This document shows positions 12,111 to 24,600 of a stretch of 64,000 bases of DNA, one piece after another (within the stretch, counting starts at the first letter, position 1; each line of letters opens with the position of its first letter). Made by a program: the position numbers and the translations under genes. Source of the DNA: Dipteris shenzhenensis (Eukaryota); NCBI GenBank assembly GCA_047967505.1, contig CM106538.1. One strand, 5' to 3'. Below the pieces are notes generated by a model, which saw nothing but the letters and a program-made list of their open reading frames with translations, searched no databases and was not told the origin of the DNA.

Positions 12111-12858
12111 AGTTTATTAAAGTCTTCGGAAGACCGATGGGTCTATGAGATTAAAAAACTTGATACAATGAGCTTTGGAAGTGGAGCTACTAAATGAGCA
12201 TCCACACCAATGCATAATGCAAAAAATGCAAATTGGCAGTATTAAGTCGTAAGTACAACATAGTACAACAGTCATGTCGATAGCATCATCATCATCATCA
12301 TCATCATCATGAGAATCATCATCATTCTCATCATCAGCAGCAAGACATCAAGATGGATGAGGTAGTGGAGGCATGAGGTCAATAATAGAGCGTTGTTGGT
12401 CCCTCAAGGATGCAGTCTTGGTACGTCTCTTAGTCGTAGCTCTGCATCTAACCAAAATAAGGAGGGGAAGTCCCCAAGTATGATCTGTTTGAGCTATCGG
12501 GTCACAAGCTCCGAGTCACAGTCATGTCGAGGTCTTGTCTCGTGGGGGTTTGTGATCTGGTTGAAAGAACTCCGTGATAGAGCTCTGAGAGGTATCAGTC
12601 GGAGAAGTTTGCTTTTGTCTTCATGCTCAGAGCATTCTCTCGTGGTGTCTAAGCACCTCATAAATGAAACCAACCAAACACTGCTGATCTGGGTAGGAGA
12701 GGAGACGGGCCAAATTTTCATAACTATCTCTGAAGAGGCAATAGAAACGTCCTTGGATCTCATAGTAAACAGGACACCTGAAGATGAAATGCTCCTCTGT
12801 CTCAACCTCCTGCATGTCACACAGTGTGCATATGCGCCTTTGTCGAGGTAACCGCTCT
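12111..12858 (-). mobile_element. RTE-like LINE 3' end (C-terminal CCHC motif and 3' UTR), inserted in a (GA)n tract
   Basis: RLPRQRRICTLCDMQEVETEEHFIFRCPVYY; 3' end ...TTAATAAACT abutting (TC)n on the minus strand; (CAT)n tract at ~12284-12335. Confidence 0.65.
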
Positions 12859-15050
12859 AAACTCCCATTCAAGTCTATCATAAGCCTTGTCAAAGTCAAC
12901 CTTCAAGAAGCATATGTCCTGTTTTGTTTCTCTGGCATACTCACATCCCTCCCAAATGTTGATGATAGCTTTAAGTAAATGTATGCCCTTTATGAAGCCT
13001 TTCAACTCTGGTAGGATCCACTTGGCCATTCTGTTTTTAATCCTCAGAGCCAGAGCTTTAGCAAAGGTTTTATATCTACGGTTGAGCATAGTAAGAGGTC
13101 TCTAGTTCCTTAGCTCAGTCTTATCTCCTTCCTTAGGAATAAGTTTTATAACACCACCATTGATATGTGTAGGCAGGCACCCACTTTCAACACTTTCCTG
13201 CCATAAGAGGAGAAGGTATGGGCCGATAGTGGACTAGAATCTTTTGTAGAATTCAATTGGTAGTCCATCCTCTCTTGGTGTTTTACCATCAGCCATCACC
13301 TTGACAGCTTCAAAAAGCTCCTCTATAGTCAGAGGTTTCTCCAGGTACTTGTTATCAAAGCTGAGAAGAGTGCTTTTTGTAGCTTCCTTGCAAAGTTCTC
13401 TAGCTTTAATCACTTCATTGTCTACTTGAATGGTGCAGGACAGTAAACTCTGAAAATGAAGCTGAATGAGGTCAATGTCCTCCTCATTGGACAGGGCCAA
13501 AGAGTTGTCAGCTTTTCTAAGAAGGGGTACCTCTTCATTAGACCCTTTCCTTCTAATACTTTTGAAGTACTCCTTGGTAGGTCTATCAGCTTTGGCAGCC
13601 TCTGAAGTATACCTTAGAGTCATTTAGAAGAATCTACTCAATCCTAAACTCATTTCTTTTGAGCACCAAGTCAACCTATGCCGGAGGGTCCCCCTGTCTA
13701 GCTAGGGTCTCCAGGGTAGTAATCATGCTCTGAATGATGTCCATCCTCTTGGCCCTAATTTTAGCTCTGTCCTTTCTAGCTTTTTTGAGGAACTTTTGGG
13801 TCTAATCACTGCAGTATACCAGGATTCACTGGCAGAAGGAGACTCAGTGAAAGCCTTGAGCCAAATAAGTTTAACACCTTCTTGAACACTCCTTAAGTCA
13901 AAAAATTTAGGATCATCCTTAAACCATGATGTGGTTTTTTGGCCCAGGCCAAAGTCACACTTGAGAAGGATTGGCTTGTGGTCTGAAAGAAAAAAAGAGG
14001 AAAAAACTCAACTCTGGCAAGAGCTGGTTTGGCTAACTAGATCTTGTGAGACATATATCCGATCAAGTCTGGCCTCTCTTTTGTTGTCCCCCACTTGACT
14101 GTTTGACCATGTGAAGGTGTCTTTCATCCCCATGTCCACTAGACTTAGCTCTTCTTTCAAGTCCTCCTAGCTCTGATGACTGTTCCTTTACCCATCCATC
14201 TGTCCTTGGAGCTTTCCACCATGTTAAAGTCACCAGCCACAAAACATTTATTCCCTGCCAGCAGGAGTGATTCCCAGCTAACCATTCTTTCTTGTGAACT
14301 GTTAGAAGCATGAAGTGACACCACTATGAATGTCTGCCCATGTATCATGCATTTAACCATAATCCATCTCTTCTGTGTATCCACTTCCACATCCAAAATC
14401 CCCTGAGCATAGTTAGATAGTATACCAATTGCTACCCCACCTTGCCCTCCTCATGGCCAGTGAAGTACCATTTCCTTCTCTTATCAATAACAGTCAATCT
14501 CTTCTCCAAAAAAGGACCAGAGACTTTAACTTCTTGCAAAGTAAGGAAAGTAGGAGAAAGAGCATTAGTTCTTAGCCAAAAAGCTAACTCTCCTCCTCTG
14601 CCAGTAGTAAGCCCTCTAACATTGAGTGAGAGGATGGCTATTGGTTTACTTGACATTCTTCTTAGTTCCCTTTCTAGCCTTGGGATTGGGGCTGATTATA
14701 TGAGGGGAGGCATTTTTTCCTTGAGATAGTTTTCTCTTGCTTTGTACTTGAGTAAAAGCCTTACCTTGGTCAGCAGTATCCTTTTCAACCCCCATATGAT
14801 CAACTCCTAGGTCTTCCTCATTGATTTTTGAAGAGGCCATCTCATCCTCTGTGTTTATATCCTCCTCAAAATCTTTTGACCAACCTATTTCAATCTGAGA
14901 GTCAATGTCCAGGTTTTGATTTTTTTTTATATACTCCTCAGTTTCACTGTCTGCCAAGGTGTCAAAAACATTATTCAGAACTATGGTGTCATCAATCATC
15001 CCTTTGCCTTTATCCTGGGGAAGCAAGGGTTTGAAAGGGTTTATCTTTTG
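12859..15050 (-). mobile_element. L1/Tx1-like LINE fragment: ORF1 tail, AP endonuclease and N-terminal RT
   Basis: ILSLNVRGL, LQEVK, VAGDFN, ARLDRIY, SDHKP, DGLPIEFYKRF, YKTFAKALALR, KVDFDKAYDRLEW; many frameshifts. Confidence 0.9.
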
Positions 15051-15059
15051 GAGAAGGAT

Positions 15060-17462
15060 TTTTTCAGTAGAAAGTTGTCCTAGCTCTCTTGCAATCTCAC
15101 ATGTTATTCATGAGTTGCATCCCTCACTTCCTCTTCCTCCACTTCCTCCTCCTTCAATTCCTTTAACTTCCTCAGTTCTAAGAGTTTTTGCTTCTCGAGA
15201 CTATAGAAGAAGACTTCTTTAACTAGATAGATTAATGTCTTTGGGTCTTTTTTCAATAAAAGTTTTTGAAAAATATAATGTTGAAGTTCTTTTTAAACTT
15301 CAATACACTTTGGAAAACTTCTCTTTTGAGGATTTGAACCTAAATAAGCTCCATCTTAAAACTTCATTGGATCGCTCTTAAAAGTAAAAGCTTCCTTTCA
15401 AAGCAAAGAAGTCTATCTAAATAAGGAACTCTTGATTTGTATTTTTACTTCTCCCTCTCTTGACAAGGTAGGCTTAAACTCAATTTTGAAGTCTCTTGAA
15501 GTAATGGATTCTCTCCCACATTTTGTGAGAAGAATTTGGAAGCATCCAGTAGTAGCTTGAAAGTATGTAAAAAGTTTAGGACAAAAGGCTTTCAACTATG
15601 GAGAGATAGGTAAAAGGCATTCAAAATCTTCTATCCTTAGAGAACCTTGTTGTTGTAAAAGTAAGAGATTCCAAAGCTTTATTGATGCTGATTTAGGACA
15701 TGTAGTCATAGCTGATACCTCAATTTTGTCTTCTAGTAACTTAAGAGACCTTTTCATGAAAGGCATGAAATTTGTACTCTTTTAAAGAGTCTTGCCTTTT
15801 AAAAGCTATTGATGATAAGGGAATCTCAAAGTTTGCTTTGCACAATTAGAAGAATGTTTAGGAGTTCAAAATATCTTATCAGGAATGAAAGAGAAGATTT
15901 TGAAGAAAGTTGCTTAAAACTAGAAGTCCCTTCCATTAATTGCTCAAAGCAAAGTAACCATCTTTCTAAAGAAGATGAAACTCTTCTTTAAAAATTCCAT
16001 AGGAATTTTGTCGTTTCTTATATGGACAAATGTTCCAATAACTTTGTTTTTATTTGCAAAAATTTTTACTTAAAATGTCTTTTAAGAGTAGTGAACTCAT
16101 CTACCAAAACTTACGCCCCTGCATTAGTTTCTCAAAAGGATTTGATCTCAAAACACCAGAGTTTTTGTGTCTTTTGGTTTGTTTGCAATCCAAGTATCCC
16201 TTTTCTTTGTGTTGCTTGGAAGTTTCACAAAACTCTAAAAAAGCCAAGATTTATTGCAGTTGCTTGTGAGACTACTTTGACGGATGTCTCTAAATGGCTA
16301 AGCTACTGCTTCAAAGCCATGTTACATAATGTCCATGAACTTTGGAGGGACTTATTAAAGGAGGCAGATGTCCCCTCACACTCAAGCTAGATTTTAAACG
16401 ATTCTGCAGGAGTGATTCCTGTTGTAAAAAAAATTTATTCCTCTTGAAGCATTCAGGAAAAAGAGTCTTTTGTTCTCCTTCAAACCTACGATTTTACTAC
16501 ACTTTACACAAAGATCAAACCAGAAGATCTGAAGTTTAGAATCAAAAAACTAGTGCTGAAGTTTTCAAGCTAAGATTTGACAAAGATAGATGCAAAGTGC
16601 TAAAAGTTGAGAAAACAACTTTATGCTTTGACTTTTTGTGGCTAAAAATTAAAGATCATGACATCAGTTCTAAAAAGAAAAGATCTACAAAAAATGTAAC
16701 TGTTGAAGATGTTTTCTCTTGGATAGATTTTCTTTTAAATAATCTCTACATCACCATAGGTGATTCTTTGTTTCAACAAATTATAGGAATCCCCATGGGC
16801 ACTAATTGTGCCGTCTTTTTTATCGAACTTTTATCTTTTCACTTATGAATTTGAGTTTATGCAACGTCTTATTTCTATCAATACCTGCCCTATCATTTTA
16901 CATAAGATTAGCCAAGTTATGTGTTTTATAGATGATTTATTTGTACTACATGTTCCTGACTTTCAAGACTTTATGTACAAAGATACTTGTGCTTTTGGAG
17001 AAGGAATCTATCCTCGTGACTCTTGTGAACTGAACTACACTTCAAGAGGGGATTCTTGTGTTTTCTTAGATCTTGGACTTTCTCAATCTACCATAGGATT
17101 AGAGGTTGATATATACACTGATAAACGTGAACAACCTGAATATAGTGGTTTACACATTATAAAAATGCCTCACATTGACTCAAAACATTTTTAATTTGGC
17201 AAATTATGGAGTCATTTCTTCCCAATTCCATAGGTTTTCCTGCCTTTGTACAACAACTGAGTCTTTTATCACTCAATGTAGTAATTTGAGCACTTTACTA
17301 TTACACAAGAGGTATAATCCAAGAAAATTAATGAAAAAAGTGCGCACATTCTTAGATATGAAGTCTTTTATCTATGGTATATCGGCCTTAAGTATGTTTC
17401 GAATGATTGATCATAAGCTAAAAACAAAAAGCGGGGAGCTAAATAGCCCGTTTTTCTTTTAG
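15060..17462 (+). mobile_element. Penelope-like retroelement (CxC-linker, Naiad/Chlamys-type) RT ORF, decayed, 5'-truncated
   Basis: LDKVGLNSIL...LP...PVV..KY..LGQKAFNY, EPCCCKS...LGHVVIAD...LRDLFMKGMKF, DKCSNNFVFICK, KFHK..KPRFIA, TYDFTTLYTKI, QQIIGIPMGTNCA, FIDDLF, GIYP, FLDL, DKR, YGVISSQFHRF. Confidence 0.85.
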
Positions 17463-17590
17463 TTTCAAAAGAGAGTTTGATTGAGTATGCTTGTGCTTTC
17501 TAAGTTAGGAATGTAATTTTGCCTCTTTGTTCCTAGGAAGCGATATATAAGTGTAAAGGGTCCATTTGGCTTTTTATGTTTTAAATAAGA

Positions 17591-17638
<48 letters not shown>
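17462..17638 (+). repeat. Pseudo-LTR-like direct repeat, 3' copy, ending in (GA)n
   Basis: Begins at the stop codon of the Penelope-like RT frame; matches 11969-12109. Confidence 0.8.
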
Positions 17639-17642
<4 letters not shown>

Positions 17643-17757
17643 ATTCTTGTTTTTTGGAAGATTTTGTTTCTTGACTTGCTTCTTTATTTTTGCTTAGTCA
17701 CCTTCTTCCTTTCTTCTTTATTTCTTGTTTTCTTTCTCTCTCTTTTTTTTTTTTTTT

Positions 17758-17880
17758 GACATACTTTAGTAAGCACTAGGTTTGCCCGAGAGACTCCGCG
17801 AGTCTTTAGAAACCTAGTATAGTTGCTTGTGCTTGGGCACTGATGACGACATAAGTGTTGCTTTGCTTGCTCAGTATGTC
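17758..17880 (+). ncRNA. Candidate structured cis-RNA (hammerhead-core-like, pseudoknotted) in the Penelope-like 3' region
   Basis: Outer stem gacatact..agtaagca / tgcttgct..agtatgtc; actaggT / GAA-Acctagt; tgcccgag / cttgggca followed by CTGATGA; hairpin agactc-cgc-gagtct. Confidence 0.4.
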
Positions 17881-18653
17881 TTCCTTTCGTTTTTCATTAA
17901 AGTTTTTGTTTACCTCTATTTTTTGTTCTCTTTTGTTTTCTCTTTTATTTTCTGTGTAGTTTTTTTGTCTTTAGAACAACAAAAAAATCTAAATTTGTAT
18001 GATTGGACATATTCTAGTCTTACAATGGTATATATACAAAGGTGGTGTGTTTTTATCCCTCAGTTAGAAGCACAGTGATAAAGGCTAGCACTAAGTGTTG
18101 TATGTGCACATGTAAGCAATGATATGGCTAGCACACGTGTTTGCTTTCCCACCTAAACACCCACACCCACACTTGAACTTTCAACTACATTGCTGAACAT
18201 GCAAGCTCATACATGCAAAAGCACAAACCCCCCCCCCCCGGGAAGAAAAAAAGGCATGCACATATGCACTCGCATGCTCATGCATATACACCCCTGTGTG
18301 CACACATACACATGCACCCATGAAAGTTGCACAAATGTATGTGCCTTACATGCATGTGTGCACTTCCACTCTTACCCTTACCTTCCCAATTCCTTGGGTT
18401 TCATAATATAAGCCAAAATGACAACATTTGTAGGGTGAATCATGGGAATGGTCATAGTCAAGAGCATGCATGTCTTGCTCTTCTTTGTATCATTTGCCAT
18501 GATCTAAGTGGATAGAAGTGATGATAGCACCCATGGCAAAATGACCCTAATTATAGGAGGTTTGAGGGAATGGCATTGGTTCCATTCGTCTAATGCAATG
18601 GGCAGAATGCCAATAGTACTATTCTTCGCAACCTCCTATAAGGATGTGGGGAG

Positions 18654-18658
<5 letters not shown>

Positions 18659-18730
<72 letters not shown>
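18659..18730. repeat. (CT)n(AT)n compound microsatellite
   Basis: Directly visible. Confidence 0.95.
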
Positions 18731-18731
<1 letters not shown>

Positions 18732-20394
18732 CAAATAGCACACATGCATGTAACATAGCAATTATTGATTTCTCTTCTGCAATTGTCATTGGAATTCAAA
18801 TTAAAGGCTTACCCTCATGTCAAGGCGAAATTTCTTTGGCAAATTTGAACAAGTACAATCATGTTGAAGAAATGTGGACTTTGTAGTTATTGTGGATGTG
18901 TATGTTGTACCTTCCCACCAGATGTGCAGTCTATTTTCTCCTACTCTTGCAATTGATCTTTGTTAGTAGGAATTGTATTTTGTATCTACCATTGCCCCCT
19001 GTCTATGTTTTTATGGTTTGAGTTGCTCATCAATCTTGTGCCCATATCACTTCTTAGCGTGTCTCCACGATGCTTAATCATAGTACTTTTTTGGGACATG
19101 ATGTTTCAACTACTCAAAAGTTGCACATCATGTCTCTATGGACATGGGTCAATTGAAGTGGAAAAGCAGGGTTGTCAATGTGGGTTGAACTTAGATGCAA
19201 ATGAAGAACCATATAACTTTGGAAGCGATGGCAATGGAGGAAGTTCATGTGAAAGGTTTGAATTCATTATATTTTTAGCGTACTTGACAAGAGAAACCTT
19301 GGCAGAACATTGTAATGTAGATTATTAAAAGAAAATGTGGAATACAAATAGGCTTGTGGTTGAATTTGATTGCAATCAACCATTTGTTATTGATGACATT
19401 GTAGGCTTTAATACTTAAAAACTCAAAACATTTTATTGTGTTGTTATATCCCTTTCTATAGGTTGCTTGGCATCTTGTTCCATGATCATAACTTGTAATG
19501 ATGATGAGGAAGCAATAAATCAAGCACTCATTGAATCAATGATCTTAATGGGAGGAAATTCTTCTTGCAAAACTAGAAAATGGTAGTTTTCAAGGCCATA
19601 GTGATATGAATTTAAACAAAGAAGATTGATTTGAATGTAGTTTGTTCCTTTTGTGTTGGAAATATCCCAAAACACAAGATCTATAAGCTCTTAGAATCAA
19701 ATCTTTCTTTGATAATAGCTTCACTAAGAATTTTTAGGAAAGGTTACATAGAGACTCTTTACTTATATACAAGAATTTGAGCAAGTGCAAGTGGCTTGGG
19801 AGCACGATGTGCCCAACGAACGCTAAGCAAGAATGAGCTCGAGCCTCCCTAGCCTCATACATCCCAACCTTCACAAATCCTATTTTCTCTCTTATTTTCA
19901 AACATTTATACAAGGAAAGAAAGACTAATAAGAAATCTAGATTTGACAGCCAATGGGATGATTATTGAAAGAAACTTAGCCATATTGAAAGAGATGAGTG
20001 ACTCCATTTTGCTTGATTTTGAATAATATCATGGCATGTCTTCTTGAAATTTTATGTAGACTTTATGCCTTGATCATAGGGAGCAATTATAAGTACCAAA
20101 CAATAAACAGAGAACAAATTTTATAGTCACCATACTTACCCATGATATTATAAAATACTTCCTCAATAAACTGAATAAACTCATCATCGACAACATCATG
20201 GAGATGATATACTGCCCGATCGCCACTGATAATCTTTCCAAAGTATTCAGAAAGGCTCTCCCATGGGAGCACATGGAACACCTCATTTGACACATGGGAA
20301 TCGGCTCATAGTGACGTCATTGAGAGGGGGTGTTGGAAGTAAATGTCCCCCACCTATGAGCCCCCATATGAGGAGGACATGGGGGGTATTATGA

Positions 20395-20661
20395 CTATGA
20401 GGGGGAGGGATAATCATCTATTTTTTTTCCAATGATAAAGAAACAGATATCACATGCATGGGTACTACTGGTTAATGTTTTCATCTGTAATTTTTTGCAT
20501 GTTTTTCCACATGAAGGCTTCATATCAACAGCTAAGGACTTTATAGATACTTCTTCTTTACTCTTGGCTTGGGCAATGGTAGGGCCTAGTGCTTGCTTTT
20601 CTTTTCCCTTCACTACTTGATCTTTCCAAATTTGAAAGAAATTGAATTGATGAGTTGCCAA
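20395..20661 (-). mobile_element. Possible hAT-type transposase remnant
   Basis: Weak resemblance of KKLQMK...FFIIGKKIDDY to a hAT N-terminal segment; not verified. Confidence 0.25.
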
Positions 20662-20844
20662 ATCTCACCTATTTAAAATGCCAATTGGAGCAAATTATTA
20701 TAATCTCTAAAAATATCACTAGGATGCCTCAAGGCACTTGGCAAAGTGACATTGATTTGTGCCAACAAGCTTGCCTTTAAAGCTATAATCAATAGAAACC
20801 TATGCTCATTCTAGGTAGTCACAAACTCATTTTTAAAAATATAT

Positions 20845-21020
20845 TTCTATCGATCTATACTATCCATGTATTCTATCTATTTATTCTATCTATCTATCTA
20901 TCTATCTCTCTATCTATCTATTAGTATATATCTATCTATTCTACCTATCTAGCTATCTATTCTATCTATCTATCTGTGTATCTTATCTATATATCCCTCT
21001 CCCCCCCCCCACACACACAC
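20845..21020. repeat. (TATC)n / (CA)n simple repeats
   Basis: Directly visible. Confidence 0.85.
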
Positions 21021-21699
21021 GCACGTATGCACGCACCATAATCATCCCTTTCTTGTAGTCATTGTCTATCAAACACTAGTGAATAGTTGTTTGTCAATCT
21101 TGCAAAGACACAACAATTGCGAGTGTTGTGGAATGTATGAGTGGGGTGCCATGTTGTTAGTTGCCTTTTTCCTTCAGTTAAATGAAAACCACCCTATAGA
21201 ATATAAATTCTTTAATCAAATTCTTTTTGTAAGACCTTGATTTGAATCCACCAATACAATCCAATTTATTACATTGTGGCCCGAGCAGATACAGGGAAGG
21301 CACCCATGTCTCATGTTCTCAAATGTCAGTTCTACGTGCATTCGCTATCGTCCAAGCTATGCTTGTATATTAATATAAAATCTTGGCAAAAGTTTTCAAG
21401 CTTATTTTTTTAGTTTCACAATATTGGTAGAAGGTAGTACTTTTTAATTTATTTTCTTTTGAATTTGGAAGGAAAAAATGTAAATCCTAGCGAGAATTTA
21501 TTTTTTTTTATAAGTCCTTCACGCAAGCTCGAAATTGGGGCAAGAAGTAATTGTAGAACACAATGCCCCAGTCTACTTCGATCTGGCCCTCCTACACGGC
21601 AATCGCCTTGGCTACAAAAGCCTTGGGACATTGCCAATGATTTTTCCAATCCGATGTACTTTGAGAGGAATTTGAGGAAGGGCCTCACCTACTAGAGGC

Positions 21700-24600
21700 T
21701 AGTATTGGGTGTAGTTGATGAGGTACCCTTGTGAAGCATTGTAGCTTCCCTCCTAGAAGTACTTGTCGCAACACAAAGCGTTCGAGAGGCAAGTGGGATG
21801 CACAGTGGAAGGGATCTGGAATACTTGATCTATCAGCTACAGGTGGACGTTCATCTTCCTCCCTTTGACGAGGATGGTGCATTCCTTATCATCATAAGTG
21901 CAAAAGATCACATGTGCCTCAGATGCATTGAATTCTTTTCTCCATGGAATCCATGTGAATTTCTTCTACTTGTTGCGTTTGAGCATAAACTAGCTCAAAC
22001 ATTGTTGTTGTTGTTGTTTTGTTTTTGTGATAATCAGCACCGTAGTTTTGGGCGCTATATGTTATGGCTCTCCTTTGAGTAGTTGCATGAATGTTGTATA
22101 ATCTTGCCAAGTGGGAGCATTGCTTTCTTTCATTCCTTGCACATGTGAGTGCTCTCTTTCATTAGCATGCCATAATGAGAAATTTCAATTGCAACCGACT
22201 GAGATTACTCCCATTGAACAACTTGTGGATGATCCTCCCTTGTAAATCGGCTAGCTAGGGACTGCACCATTATTGAACATTTTGACTAATTGGGAGGGTC
22301 CATTCCACCCTAGCTTATGCTGGGGTATGAGTGGGCCAAAAGCTAAGATTGTATAGTAGCATGAGCATGTTCTTCTTCACGTTCTTATGTACAATGTGGT
22401 TTTCATGCCATGCTTTCCTCATCTTTGAATCACTTGATGTGTCCACACTACTTGTACTCAAACATCATCAAGCTCCACCAAATATTGGAGTCATTTGTTA
22501 ACAGTGTCTATCTGATACTCAGCGAGCACCCATAAGGGCACTATTGCTTTTAGCTTGCAAGCCATTCGGAATTGAGTCCGATTTGTTGTTACCTTATAGG
22601 CCATTCTATAAGCCTATAAGGTAGTATTTAGCTTGATGTCCCAATCCCATTGATGCATGGTGATCATGAAGATGGATTTCAATAACTCGAATAGTAGTAG
22701 GTCACTACTCTATGTATGATCATGAATTCCTTGGTGTGAGCTGAACACCTCATTCATGAAGTGTTGCCTTGGTCACTATGAGCTCAATTGGGCAACCATA
22801 TCCAGAAATGATATTCTTGTAGATGATCTTGGCCATACTTAGAGCTAAGTTGTCTCATATTTTCTTGGCCTCTTCCCAATTCATTGCATAATCCATTGCA
22901 ATGATGATGTGTTTGTTTTGTGTGTTTTGGGCATACTATTTTGAAGGGTCCCATGAAGTCTAATCCCCAACGTTGGAATGCTTCCCATGATTTGATCAAG
23001 TCTAGTGGCTTGTGATGTTGAGGCAAGAGTCTTATCATTCTTTGGCATACATCATATTTGAGACACCATGAGTGACCATCCTGGAACAAGGTGCTCCACT
23101 ATGGCTTGAATTGAAGTGTAAGTTCTCCACTAAAGTGTCCTCCAACGAGTCTTGTGTGCACATCAATGAGGTAAGCTACTTGTTCACTAGAGAGGACCCA
23201 TCTTTGCAAGATCCCATCTATGGCTTGGTGATAGAGCTATCCTCCAATCAAGCTATGCCTCCAGGCTGTCACTACGAGGGCCTTCACTAGTCTTGTGGCA
23301 TGTCTTTTGGAAATGTTTCTTGGAATAGGTACCAAATCGTATCCTCATACTCTTTTTTGAAATGTCAACTACAAATGGGTGAGCATTTGGTAGCTCGATG
23401 GTAACTTGCCTAGTGCCATAGGTCTATTGCAGCATGCAACTTCCTAGGCTTGTGGATGATTTTGAAGTTCCATTCCTACAACAATGGCATCCAACCTACT
23501 TGTATTCCTTGGATGATTTTTTTTTTGATTAGATACAACAATGGTTAGTGATCAACATAGGAGATAAACTGGTTGCCAAGCAAATATGTCAGAATTTTTA
23601 AACAATACAGACCATGCCGACGACCTCTCGCTTGATGGTGCTATTATTGCGGTGGAGGAGGCCATCAAATGAATGACATAGTAAATAGGGTAATCCATTC
23701 TACCATTTGACTATGCTAATTAGATACCTATAGCATACCTTGATGCATCAACATGTATATGGAAAATCACATCCCACCTTGGTTGTAGGATAGAGGTGGT
23801 TGTTGCTCAACTTTTCAATGTGTGCATGGAATGCCTTGGACAGTTCTTCATTCCATTGGGGCTTTACATCCTTGGTGGGCTCATAGAGCCCCACGATAAT
23901 CTTGGCAAAGTCTTTCATGAACCCGTGATAGAAATTGATGAAGCCAACAATGTTATGTCAAATTCTTTAGTTTTGGAATTTGCTCTATGGTATTGATCTT
24001 GAATGCTCGGTTCTGATTCATTATTTACAAATCATCTATCCCAACAGGATGCCAACTCCAATGCAAAAGCTATAATTGACCAAAACAAAGGAGATTATCA
24101 CCTCTCTGCACTTCTTGAAGACTTTTTTAAGGCGAGAGAGAGCACGTATTTCTATTGGGTAAACAGAAAAATCATCTAAGTCAATAGCAAAAAACTCAGT
24201 CAAGTACTAACTAAATGTTTCTACCATGAACTATTGAGATATTGTTGATGCATTCCTAAGTCTGAGGGCATGAACTTGCATGCATATGCACCCTACTCAG
24301 TGATGAAAGCCATTTTTTGTTATCTTCTAGCGCCAAGAAATTTAATTGTAGCCTCTGTACCTATCCATGAACAAGTATATCTTGTGGCCCGCTACTTAGT
24401 CCAAGATAATGTCAATGAAGGGAATGGGGAACAAGTAGCATTCATACTTGAAATGGAGATGGCCGTAGATTTTGAGGTTCAATCTCTTCATTAGACTCTC
24501 AAAAATGATGTGGCTCATGATCTTACGACCCTTGGATGTTTTGCTTCTTTATCTTGATCATGATTATGTGACTTGCCTTGTCTACCATTGGGTTTTCTAG

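Noticed and set aside
17758-17880. HDV-like ribozyme on the minus strand, SECIS element or box C/D snoRNA
   Set aside because: The minus strand lacks P4, the catalytic C and P1.1, and turns G-U pairs into A-C mismatches; no SECIS geometry or box C/box D pair was found.
18850-20390. Very old Copia remnant (polypurine tract plus TGTTGG at 20322-20336)
   Set aside because: Too degenerate to support boundaries or coding motifs.
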